A stretch of 55,956 bases of DNA, filler included, from Platydemus manokwari (taxonomy: Eukaryota), in the NCBI GenBank assembly GCA_037951405.1. It is 5 parts of 5 records of this genome, joined end to end, with 100 filler letters (N's around TTAATTAATTAA, not from the genome) between each part and the next. Parts side by side here need not be neighbours in the genome. Positions count along the whole stretch, not along the records: positions 10,869 to 22,274 come from JBBMOY010693319.1; positions 22,375 to 37,388 come from JBBMOY011361426.1; 3 more parts are not named here. One strand, 5' to 3'. The notes under the pieces are model-generated. The model was not told the origin of the DNA and made no database searches. It saw only the letters and a list, made by a program, of their open reading frames with translations. A program made the position numbers and the translations under genes. Shown in pieces: positions 10,869 to 23,469 of the stretch (position 1 is the first letter of the stretch; every line of letters begins with the position of its first letter).

Positions 10869-13142
10869 CAATAATAAGTTTTGTTTTTAAATTGTAAAAA
10901 TATTTTTTAAATTTATAAATTAATTTTAAAATCTTATCAAATATCAGATTTATGTTTTAATAAATCACCAAAGATAAAGTTAAAACTCATTTTATCTAAA
11001 TTTGAATATATCTAATTATTTCTTATTCGAATGAATTTTTTGCTAATTCTGATTTTCGTCCACTGGCCGACAACTCACTTCAACATTCTGGCAATTCTAA
11101 CAAAATTAAGCCCCGAGTTTAATTGATATTTTGCCGAAGTCTTAATTCGTAACGAAAGATTCAACATTTGCTGAAGGTCTTGATCGTCAAGGAAATTTTT
11201 ATATTTGCAAGCGTGAGTAATATTTGACTATGTTCTAACGAAAGCACTGCTGTTAAAATCGTAATATAATTAATTTAACCATAATTAATCATTAATAGTT
11301 GCCTCCAGATATGCCTCGTGCGGATATTTCGCAGCAAATTACTTGAGTATTGCGTTGCATAGTTTAGCCAAATTTTTGTGTTGTTCTTTTGCTGTTTACA
11401 TTGTTTCGTTCTTTTCAAATAAATAATAATAACCATTGTGTCGTTACTCTATTAATTAATAGTTATCATTATTAATCTGGTAATTTTTAACTCATTATAG
11501 TGTATGTTCAGTACAACTGGCAGTTGCTAAAACGGGACAGTCCGAATCCTTGTAACAGTCAATTGAATAATCTCAACTTTTACATATCTTCAATGTATTT
11601 CCCAGTAGCTTCTTTTTCATACGAGCTACTGAAGCCCTCTAGGACCAGTGTGAGCAGTAAAATCAAAAAACCACCCCACTTAATTAACATTATCTTAGAG
11701 AATTACTGATTGAAGAAGCTCTCATGGATTTCGTATTATTATCGTCGAGAGATATTGTGGGAGTTAGCCTTTCAATTTTTAATTAATTCGTTGTAGTTAG
11801 AGTATTCTGCAAGAATGAATGCAACATTTATGTGATGATCGTCACCTTTAGGAAATTGATTTTTATTTACTTTTCGGATTTTCACTGATCACTTTACATT
11901 TGGTCCGAATCTCTTTTCTACTCAAGCTCAAATATGGTTAGAGAAAATTCCAATTGTTTCAACAAGTTTTTTGATTTTTTTTTCCGAATTATGTGACCAA
12001 TGTCTCAGCTGATCAATTTTTCAGATGAGTGTGTCCACTGAATTATATTTCTAATCGGATTTCGTTATTTCTACTTGAAACTTGCTCTTTTTTGTGTTTT
12101 ACATTTTCTTTTTTCTGATATTCTATTTCCCAAATTCAAATTGGGTCTATCGATTTTCTATGATCGAGATTAGCCAATCCCTGAGTGTGCTGTTATGTAG
12201 TCATGACATTTTACCACATTAGTGTCTTGGCGTCATTTCTGATTAGCAAGTATCTACTATGCGTGTATGCTCATGTAAATCGTCAAAACAAGAATGACAC
12301 TGGTCTTTACTCCACACATCCATCTTTACAATCATGTTTTTATTCTAATGTATTATTTCTTTATTTTTTAATAATTGCTATTCTATTTTTACTAATGTTG
12401 CTGTTACACTAAGTCTAATGTTCTAAAATGCTTTAGTAAAAAAAATCGTTAATAATGTTATTAAATTTTCTTAAATCAATTTATGTAAATATCGACACAT
12501 CAACACATCCACTCTGTATGATATATCTAATACACAATTATTCACGACTCTCTGCGACTGGTGAGAGGAACATCAAACTCTTTTATCAACAATTAATAAT
12601 AGTCCCATAATTCCAGATTTCAAAACACTCAGTTGAATATATGATGTTTAAAAGTAATCAAACGCCTATAGTGGATATTGATTAATCGATTAAACAATAT
12701 ATAGGCACCATGTTGTATAATTTAACTATTGTTTATTATATTGCTACTTTCACATTATTTTCCTGGCATCAATTAATCGAGCCCTTGATTATGAAAGTGG
12801 TATAAGTCATTTCAACCTTTCAAAACCAAATTCCCATTTAAAATGGTAATAAATTTCACAATCATATTAAATGCTGATTTACCGGCGCTAATTAATTGTC
12901 AAAATGTTTCATTCCATAATACACAAATATTTTTTAATTCTTTAACATGCAAATCCCTTAATATCTCCAAAAAACAAGAAATATATGACTTATACCACTT
13001 TCATAATTAAGAGCACAATCAATACAAATTCGATAACACAAACTCATGCTCAAATAAATATCGATATTTAGCAGATAAAATGAAAGCCAATTAAAAAAAT
13101 TAACATATATTCTCATCAACACATTCTATCATGCATAAATAT

Positions 13143-16100
13143 CTACATTTCGACTTGCAAAGCTTTAATTTGATCGATAAATGTGTTCAAATCCTCTTCT
13201 AATTTAAATTTGATTGAAAAAGTCTCCTTGGTGAGCTCAGTTCCTTCACTGAAATCGTTTCCAATCCAACAGGCACTTGTTTTAGTCTGTGGTTGAAAGG
13301 CGGGAACCATTTTCATGATAGCCTGATTGCAACAGACTTTGTGGACCTGCTCTCTCTTCATCACCAATCGTGATGATTTCTCGCCACGTTCATTGATTGT
13401 CACCAATATTTTCATATCACCAATTCCTCTTTCTCGCCATTGACCTTCATGGAATTTAAACAATTTACAGCGCTTCCTGTACAAACATTCGGAATTTTCC
13501 TCGCCTGTAATCACCTAGAAAATCGTCAATTAATAATATCGAATGACATCAAAACACATTTCAAATCAACCTCAATCTTATCGGGTAGATCGATAATCGG
13601 TTTGTAGTGGGGATCGTAATCATCTGTTTCTTCCTCTTCATCTTCCTTGTCGGAATCCTTCTTGGTAAACAATTTCGAACTTGAAGTATTCCAAGTGCTT
13701 TGAGTATTTCCGGCGAATCCCGAGTCAGATGTAAAATTACCGAAGCTCAATGAATTGTTGGTATTCGATGTCAAACCAAATGTGAAATTCTTCTTATCAG
13801 ATGTTTGGGCGCTATCGGAACTATTGGCAACGTTACCAAATAATGTTGATTTCGATCCGAAAATGTTTTTCGTATCCTTAACATCTTGGTTGTCATGGAA
13901 ATTGTTCGTTTTGTTGCTCATATTGCTGTTTTGATCATTACATGAATCATTATCATCATCACCATCATCTTTATCGGATAAATTCTCATAATAATAGAAA
14001 TGATCTGGCAACAGTAATGCTCTTGCACGAATCTTCTGCTCTTCTGTCACATAGGGTTCACTAACCAGAATCACATCACTATCACTGTCATTGTTGTGTT
14101 CTTTTGCCGATTTCGATGGAAAACCATTTTTCACTTCACCACAAGCAATACATTCAGTGACATTAGCTTTATTGGCTGTCGTACAATTACAGATCCATTT
14201 ATCAGTACCATTATTTTCCAATTTACCAACATTATTGACACCATGTGTGACAGAACTGGCGGTATTTGTAGAATTTGGTAATCCGAAAACGAAAGATGAT
14301 GCTGTTTTATTAGCATCAGTCGATGGTTTCGATCCAAAATTAATAGGAGCATTTGATCCTTTGGTCGGTTCGGGATTTGTTGAGCTCAATTTAGGTACGC
14401 CAAATGAAAATGTTTCACCTGTTGTACTTCCGGTAGAAGATTTTCCAAAAACTACTGGCGTATAAATATTTTTAACAGTAAGATCTCCTAAAACATTCGA
14501 AGATTTGTCTTTACTTGATTCCGTCGACGAAGTATTTTTATTTCCGAATACAAATGACGAATCTTTATTAACTGTAAATGGTAATTGGAGTTTACTTTCA
14601 GTTTTCTTGGATGATTTGTCATAGCAACATGCTGGACATACGGATACATTATCATCATTCATACAACAACATCCGGGACATTCCCATTTGTTTTTATTGA
14701 ATTTTGATAAATCGAATGAGGGTTGACTTTTCTGATCACCTTTTACAATGTGAGGTTTGGGATTAGCTGATGGTTTGGCGTGAGAACATGCTGGACAAGA
14801 GGATAATTTATCATCATTCATACAACAACATCCGGGACATTCCCATTTGTTTTTATTGAATTTTGATAAATCGAATGAGTGTTGACTTTTCTGATCACCT
14901 TTCACAATGTGAGGTTTGGGATCAGTTGATGGTTTGGCGTGAGAACATGCTGGACATGTGGGCAAATTATTATCATTCATACAATAACATCCTGAGCATA
15001 ACCATTTGTTTTGATTGTATTCCATCAAATCAATCGTTTGATTATCAGTTGAATTCGATAAAACGGTGGTCTGATATTCGTTTGGAACGATTTTTCGTTC
15101 ATTTTTCAACAGAGGCAACAAGACCTTCACCAGGTCAAATTGCTGCAACTGTTTCGATGCATTGATAAATGAGCTTTGCACACTATTGTTGATGAGTGCT
15201 TTCAGATTATTTGTTTCCGGATGAATGAGTTCTTCAACAAATTTCGATGCCATCTGCATTTCATTCATCTCATTTTTCAACACACCATTTTCAATGGTTA
15301 ATTTATTGATTTTATCCGTTAAATTATCCACTACTTTCTCCAACAATTGCTTATCATCTCGATCAATTTTGACTTGAAATTCGAGTTTTTCCGTTTTCAT
15401 TGATAGTTGATCTATTTTATCAATGAGATTTGTGTAAATATCATTTTGTCGCTGCTTTTCGTAATCAGTTTCTTTTCGAATAATATCGAATTGATTCTTG
15501 ACATCTTTTGACAAATTATCCATATGTGACATACAATGATCGACATCACACCCGATTTTATCCTGGAAAAATATTTATATCTCATTTTGTGGAGTGGAAA
15601 ATATTCAAATAAAAATATCGCTCTGTCAAGGGGAAGACAGTTCAAAATGTCATTGATCAATACAGTTATAGCATTACAACAATATATCAAATATTTCGCT
15701 AATAAAATTGGGGAAATATTTTAAAAATTCAACGATAAAACATGTAAATATTGAAAATTATTAATAATAATTATTTTACAAAATAAATTATTGAAAATCA
15801 AGTGCGCTTAAACAAAAATAATATCAAATAATCAGATGAGAATAATCGATAATCATAATATAAATCGGCACAAAATTCAAGAAATGTAGCTCTACCTGAT
15901 ACTTGCCAATATTAACCATGTCCGACTGTAATTGTTCGAGTTTGAGATGATCAAGAAAATGTGACTGATCATTGGATACCGATGAATGATTGTATAAATC
16001 ATTGGATAAAACTGATTGGTTGAAAAATTTATTACTGTTACTCGTTTCTCCACCACAAGTGAAATCAAATATCGAATCTAGATAATGCAATATATTGATT

Positions 16101-18758
16101 AATCAACACACACAAACTCGATTTTATTATCTACAACTTACAATCATATGATTGGCTGGCCGAACTCAATTCGTTGAGATGGTGCTGCAGGATATCGTGC
16201 ATTTTGGAGCGTTCGGGATCGGTTAGAGCTGTCAAACAATCCAAACCATCATGAGCACTGTCCGTTGCCAATTTAATTAATCTATTGAATTCATCGAGTG
16301 GGATATTTTGTCCTTTTTTAGATTGTGCTCGCTGGAAATAAATTTGTGATTTCAATAAATGAACTCTTGGTAATGAAGAATTCAATTTTTCGGCATTTCC
16401 AATCAATCGTTCCAGTTCATCGAAATCGACTGAACCAATCATTTCAGGTTTCATGTATTGATTTATAATCAAGAAATATCCTTCTAATTTCCATTGGTCC
16501 AATATCTCGTCTGGAACATGTTCTGTATCAAATAGTTCCTTGATTTTAAATCCACTAAACGATCCCCCGGTTAGGTTGGTGTAACTTTTCTGGCGAGAAA
16601 TTGAATTTTGGTTTGAATACGACGTTATGGCAAGATTTTTAAACATATTTTGTGATTTAGCGGGTTGTAAAACATGCGAGTAAAAATCAATGGATCTCGT
16701 TCTGAGTGCATCTCTTTCAGAATCCATGAAAATTGAGCAATTAAATGATAATTTTGCCAGTTGCAGTTTGAGATCATCACCCATTTGATTATCAACAAGT
16801 TGCAATGAATCGAGTCCACTCTTTAACAAGTCTCTCAACGCACCAATCGATGTCATTCGCTTGTTTTGTAAGGTGAAATCACAAACACCTTGCCAGAACT
16901 TGAGTAAAACTTCAGGAATTCGAATTTCTTCCCACAAATCGAAAGGATAAATTATTGATTTGCCACTGAATTTGATTTTATTCATCGATTTCTGATATGT
17001 GAGAAAGGTTCCAATCAAGAATACAATGATATCGATTTTGGATATATTTTCCGGGCATCGTTTATTGGTGGCGATAATCGGCAATTTTGGAAACAATCTC
17101 CTCACCAAATCACCAACAAAAAGACAAAGCTCTTCCTCGAATTCATATTCAAATGTTTGTTGGAAATTATTAAAGCAAGCCATTTGCCAGATGATCAATT
17201 TCAGATTATTGAATTCCTGTGATAAATATGTGATATTTCTCATTATGATATCAGACAGTTTGATTGGAGGCACTCGAACAACGAATTTGTCTTTGAAATC
17301 ATTCAACGAATCTGGCAGATTATCGTTAGAAGTCCACACCAATCGAGCGAGTTCGTGGAGAATCTTTTCGTTATCGAAACGATTATTTCCCATACCAACA
17401 TGTTCAAAGATGAAATGTCCAACGATAGAACGAATGAAATTGTTTTGATTATTTATCCACTTCATCAATGGAGCACCGAATTCTTTCAAGCCGTTGACTT
17501 CAATGGAATTGCTCACCAAATATCCACCGTATATCGCTTCGATTGATTGTTCTGACAGCTTTTTCCCTTCCACCGCACGACAATGAGCAAGCCCACTGAA
17601 ATAAAACATAAACAATCCAAAGATCTCCTTGAAAATCCCATCGAATTTCTCGTTTTTCAATAAATTTAATAAATCCAACAAATATGTTCCGCGATCGTAA
17701 TCACAGATCTTTGAATGATTGCGCAACATTGAAATGAGAACGAATGCGTAATAGGGTTTGGTTGAGGTTTCGTTTTTATAATGTTTCTGTAACAGATATT
17801 CACAATATTTTTAATGACAATTGTTAATTGTTACCTTAAAAATCGACAGACAGATTTTGACGGCATCGATATTTTCAAGAATGGGATACGTATTCATCAA
17901 CTTAATGGATTCTTCTACTGAATCGACAACACCGTTCTGGTTATCGAGAATTCTCAAGAAACGAATCTTTAAATCATCTTTCACATTGGTTTTCTGAACA
18001 TTATTTTGATTATAATTTAACGAAATAAATCCAGAATGGATTTAGCTTACAATTTGATCTTTCAATTTTATGATTTCTTCAATGGAATAATTAAAAGTAA
18101 CATTAGGAGACAATAAATTCTTAAATGCCAAATCAAATAAGGTTGTAAGAAAAAAACACGGAAACATACTTTTAGTTTTAAATAACTATTATTATTAGGA
18201 AAAGAAACTTCTAAAATATTTAACAATTTCTAAAAAATGTTAATAAAACATATGAAAACAAAACAATGTACTTTGACTTTGTTTTCACTGATGTTCTCAC
18301 ATTTACATAGACATTCACAAGCTAAAAGATTAATAATAAATGATTACGACAAACAAAACTATACCTTTATTCAAATCATTTTCATCTAAAAATAAATCAT
18401 ATAATCTCTCATAATCATTAGCTGCTAAATCAAATTCATTTAGATTTTCGTGGATTTTTGCTTTCAACTTTAACGCGTGTTGATTATTTTCCTTTATCTT
18501 GATAAATCTTTTTATGTAACTACAAATGAAATTAAACAAATTATCTGAACAATCAACCATATACAGTTTAGAAGTTTCATATTCTTTCACATCGAAATAA
18601 AATTTCGCAATCATTTGACATTGAAGATCATTCTACAAATTGATACTTGACAGAAATATTAATTATCAAAAACAATTTACATCATGCTGATTTCTTGATA
18701 TACTTAATAACTTTTTCACATGCTGATCTACTTCATCTTTGGTAGAAAACATATTCAT
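13143..18758 (-). CDS. RANBP2: RanBP2/Nup358 nucleoporin, about 11 exons, roughly 1,600 aa
   Basis: N-terminus (MN)MFSTKDEVDQHVKKLL; TPR region IAKFYFDVKEYE..LYI; FPNNNSYLKLK. Exons by GT-AG reading: 18758/18752-18681, 18632-18565, 18519-18365, 18321-18272, ~18229-18170, ~18120-18052, ~17993-17835, ~17786-16142, 16077-~15896, ~15562-13571, 13514-13143. Four RanBP2 zinc fingers, FG/FxFG repeats, SIM+IR motif DSDVILVSEP..EEQK..A..LLLPDHFYYY, and a C-terminal Ran-binding domain (DPHYKPII.LP..EV.TGEE...WRERGIGDMK..MKREQVHKVCCN). Confidence 0.93.
14600..15012 (-). repeat. Coding tandem repeat of RanBP2 zinc-finger units, 159 nt / 53 aa period
   Basis: GACATTCCCATTTGTTTTTATTGAATTTTGATAAATCGAATGAG at ~14677 and ~14836. 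The protein repeats KPHIVKGDQKSQ.SFDLSKFNKNKWECPGCCCMNDD. Confidence 0.9.
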
Positions 18759-21700
18759 TTTGAATGATAAACTAATTAAAATATATATAAACAAAATTAA
18801 AATTCAATCAAATTGTTTTTCTATTTTCTTTCAAAGACTTTACATAATCAATAAAAATATATTCTGCTTTTTGAATTTATAGTTATAGTTAATGTGTTAT
18901 CATTGACCTATATTTATAACAGGAAATCATGACTGTTTAATATATTAACTTAATATTATTATGTTAATGTTTTTAAGTTTAATAATATTATGTTAAAAAT
19001 GAAATTAATACTCAATTATGTTCAACAATTTTAGTATTCAATAGCCAGTAACAAACGTTGCAATGATTAAATTAAACAATTTATAATGATAATTCTGTAA
19101 TAATTAAAAGTTTTTTGAAAGTTTATTGAGACTTTGTCAACCCAGAAAAAAGCAAACCAAAAAGCATGGATTCAATAGTCTTAATAACTCGTGTAAAAGA
19201 AAAATACAAAAATACAATACAAATAAACACAAAATTAATAGCCTACCATAAAAAATAAAATAGATCTCGAAAATAGTATAATCGATTAACTTTGAAGAAA
19301 ATTTAACAGGTAAAGAGGCGTGTTGGCACATGACTTAACTTTCAAGTCAGGCATAAAAACTGACTACTCAATTCTTTTGTAATAAAACCTTATAAAAAAT
19401 ATTAGTTATTTAACAGTTACCCTTGAGTTTTAATTTATCTTCAGAGTTTTAATTTATAATATAATTTGGTACGATCTAAACAAGTGTCAAATCACAAGTG
19501 GCTTGCCACGCTTTATTTTAACATTTTTCTCCACCATTCAATATTATTGGCTCACCTAATAGCTCTGTTTTTTCTGTCGGTATATCTCAGTTTCAAGTTG
19601 AAGTCCCATTAGAGAGCGTTAATTCAAAATTTTCTGGTTAACTATTCGAGTAGTGTTTATTGCTTGTCAATGTATAAGTATTTTTTAAAATCTAACTGAA
19701 AGATTCTGGTCCTAATTTTAATTAGTCTTAGAAACACTCAACAATTATATTTTCTGCAGAAAAATTTTTATTGACGAAATTTCATTAAAATTCTAAAATT
19801 GTTTTTAACTTAAAGGATTTATTAAAAAAATTATTTTACAAGAAACAATTAAAAGGCATTTTGCAACAATAATCTTTGAACAAAATGATTCAAAGGAAAT
19901 TATATTAGAAGGATATCCCTCTGCCAAGAAAATCATTTTTATCCACATATTTTTCGGTTATAAAGCATTAATAACGACGAGATATTTTTTTAATTAATGA
20001 AAACCATTGATTGTTTCCACTATTTTGTGGTTATACTAGACCTTCTTCACCTTAGAATCTTTTTGTTGAAATTTCTGTATAAAACAACAGACTTCCATGG
20101 CGTGTTTAGTAGTGTAAAATCAATAGTTTTACTATTATTTTTATTTGTCAATTTTTGTTTATCATTTTTATTTATTATTTGATATTTATATCTAAATTTC
20201 AAACATTATAATATCATTTATAAAAGCACGATATTTGTAAATCAGATAAGTTGTAATTATTATTATGAAATCAATTATTGAACCTCCACATTGGAAATAT
20301 ACACCAGGATGGTAAAAAAAGATTATAAGTGAAATTATAGTTGGATAGATAGTTAGTTAATATCGCGGAATGGAAAAATAGACTTTAAAGATACTCATTG
20401 AAAAGTTGAGTAAACTTTTTAAAGGTTAACACTGTTGGGTGCCGGGCATCATCCTTCACATAAATAAAAATAAACGCAAAGTATTTTAAAGTAAAACCTA
20501 AAAATAGAACCAAAAATAAATATAGTAATAATAAAATACTAAATTGAAAAGGCTAAGTAAAAGCAGCTGGAAATATCCGAAAATGATAAATCATAAAAAA
20601 TAAATAAATAATATACAAAACTAGAAACACAATAGAATAAAAAGATAACAAGTATTAATACATCCACAAGTGGCAGTTATGCACCACACAATTAAAACAT
20701 TACGTCATCACGAAAACCTTCACAACTTTATTTAGAAAAAAGTCATTACTGTCTAAGGAAAATTAACGTATATACATGAAGATAATTTTATTCACAAATA
20801 CCAAATACATAGTCACCTACTTTGATCGACATTGATATAAGCAATTATATTTTGTTAAAATGACTTTTCTAATTAACATTATCCAAACGATTTTATGTCT
20901 TTACCTTAAATTTAAATAGATTGTTCCTGTCAAATCATTTTATTAATTACATTTAAACTAGTAAAGTAAGTTTATCTCAATAAGAGGGATTTCTCCCACA
21001 TATGGGTTCAATCCTCAACACGTTGTACAACAACAAGGAGTCTTGCTGCGAAAATACAAGACTCAAATTTGCTTCAATAGAAATAATAGCACCATATATT
21101 AATTATTTAATTAAGAAATATGGTTATTGTTTAATTCATTAAAATGATTGTTAACTATTTAAATCGTGATGTTTATTTATGATCATTATATTTTTAAATA
21201 CATATTATTAAAAGGTGTTCATTACTCTTTATTGGAGTCAGATATCACTTTTTATTTATATATTTGTTGGCATTCCATTATTCATAATATTTTATTAAAA
21301 CCCATATAAAGCAAACAATACGCATGTACAATAATCACATACGCCTACAAATTATTAATAACTGATTGAATTTTGAATGTCCATTGCAAGTAACAAATAC
21401 CAAAATATACCCATGATTTGAGTAATGAGCGGTTCTAAGAAATGAAAAGCAGAACCGCAAAACAACAATTCAGCGTTCACCAAGTCTAAAAAGGTGTCAA
21501 CTTTTGAAGACAACTATCAACCTTTTATTCTGTAAATTTAATCATTATTTTTAGCTTTTGGGGCTGAATCCATTGTGATTTTGACATTTGTATACTCCGA
21601 CTTTGATTTCTTAGAGTAATTTTCATTTTGGGATTTTTGAGTGTTTTGTATTGACAATTTTATTGAAATTATGTGAATTTTCATTTTGTTAATTATAACC

Positions 21701-22274
21701 CCTTGTCACCCAGTTTTATGATAATTTAAGATAACAATAGCAAAAGGTCTAGAAATTAATAAACAATAATGGCAAAATAATTGATACAACAAATTAATAA
21801 AAATAATTATACAAAAATAAAAAATATTAAAAAAAAGTAATAATAATAAATGATAATATAAAACGAGGCTAGTAGAACTATAAACAGATCCTTAACATTT
21901 GTATTGAATCACATAACTGTGTTTCATACTAAACATATTAGTAACCATTCAAATAGAAACTTTATTCATCCATATTTATATTCGATATTTAGGTAAAAGT
22001 AATGATAACGTAATATTACTAATTATAATAGTTGTCAAATCATATTTGTAATAATAATAAGAATGTGTATGAATTTAAAAATGTTTATATGATTTTAGTT
22101 TAATTTTTGAATTTAATCATTGAATATATACGTTATATAATATTAAGTTATTTTTACTTTTTCTAATCAACAATAAAAATTCTTTTTATCTTAATTATGA
22201 ATAATGAATTAGAAAATTTATTTATAATTAAAAAAAAATTAATTTTTTTAGTAAAAGTTTGAAAAAGGATTTAA

Positions 22275-22374
22275 NNNNNNNNNNNNNNNNNNNNNNNNNN
22301 NNNNNNNNNNNNNNNNNNTTAATTAATTAANNNNNNNNNNNNNNNNNNNNNNNNNNNNNNNNNNNNNNNNNNNN
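22275..22374. other. Assembly linker
   Basis: N44-TTAATTAATTAA-N44. Confidence 0.97.
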
Positions 22375-22489
22375 TAAATTACGCCTGTGGCCTTAATCAA
22401 GAACTCTTAGAGACTGATTAAGACAGTAGTGATATTCAATAGGATTAAGCTTATTAAAACAAATAAATCAATAAGGCCCGAACGTAACA
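22375..22489 (+). mobile_element. 3' end of an LTR (same family as 28802-29266) abutting DEG/ENaC coding sequence
   Basis: Highly similar to 29151-29266, ending ...AATAAGGCCCGAACGTAACA. Confidence 0.8.
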
Positions 22490-23469
22490 ATGATATGAGT
22501 CTATTATTCACGAGTTCGTGGCATCAAATACCATATAATATTCCTTGTTATACATTTAACATTAATAAATATAAAGTATTTAATATATCTAATGTACAAA
22601 GATTTGAGTTTTATATTAGAATAAATAATGATAGCAATAAAATATTTAATGCGATCAATGGTATTAGACCGGTCCATTTGTATCTCAATTATGAAAATGA
22701 AATTTCTGACAGACTCATCACTCTTACGCCTGGATACAGAACAGAATTAAGAATTACTGAAAGTCGATATCGTTATAGTGGTATTCAAAGAAAATGCAGA
22801 AATGACGAGTTTATTGTTCAACTCTATGATGCTCTTTTTCAATCGACAGATTCATTTGAAGGAAATCACAACTTATGTTCATCAATAGAAAGTCAAAGAT
22901 TGTACGTTCGTAAGTGTGGTTGTTACAATCCATTTTTACCAATCTATAAGAATGAAAGTGGATTTCCAATCATTTGTTTGAATGCATCAATATTCACAAA
23001 ATTTGAGCTGTTTTCTAACTTGGAATGCATGGTACAAATTTCTGATGAACTTTCGGCATTTATTCACGATATCTGTAACAAATACAAGATTGAGAAATGC
23101 AATAATGTGAAATACAAAACTGATATACGAAAAGATATGTTTTCAGAAATTTGGTCGAATCCAATCATGAATGATCAAAATAAATATTTTCAAGAAATCT
23201 GCAATACATATTTTGAAAGAATGAAAGGCAGTCGATCTTTTCTTCAAGAATTAAGAAATCATTGGATTATGCTTGTTATCGATAGAGATTCTGAAAATGG
23301 TGATCTTTATCAAGAGGAAGAAGATTATGGATTATCTGAATTATTATCTGGTATTGGAGGATTGATGGGTTTGTGGATGGGCGTAAGTGTTGTTGGATTG
23401 TTTGAAGTTGTTCAATATTGTTATTATATTATTAAATCGTGTGTGCCCAACAAAATTTCTCAAAAATGA
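22490..23469 (+). CDS. DEG/ENaC (ASIC/FaNaC-like) channel, extracellular domain + TM2, interrupted at its 5' side by an LTR
   Basis: PCYTFN, PG.RT.L.I, Cys-rich thumb (C...ESQ......CGCYNPFLP), YGLSELLSGIGGLMGLWMGVSVVGLFEVV (TM2 with GxS belt). No introns in this part. Confidence 0.88.

Noticed and set aside
14091-17546. Plus-strand ORFs overlapping RanBP2
   Set aside because: Antisense shadows of long coding exons, with no motifs.
20433-21900. Possible solo LTRs starting TGTTGGG (20433) and TGTCACC (~21704)
   Set aside because: No TSD, PBS/PPT or second copy to fix the boundaries.
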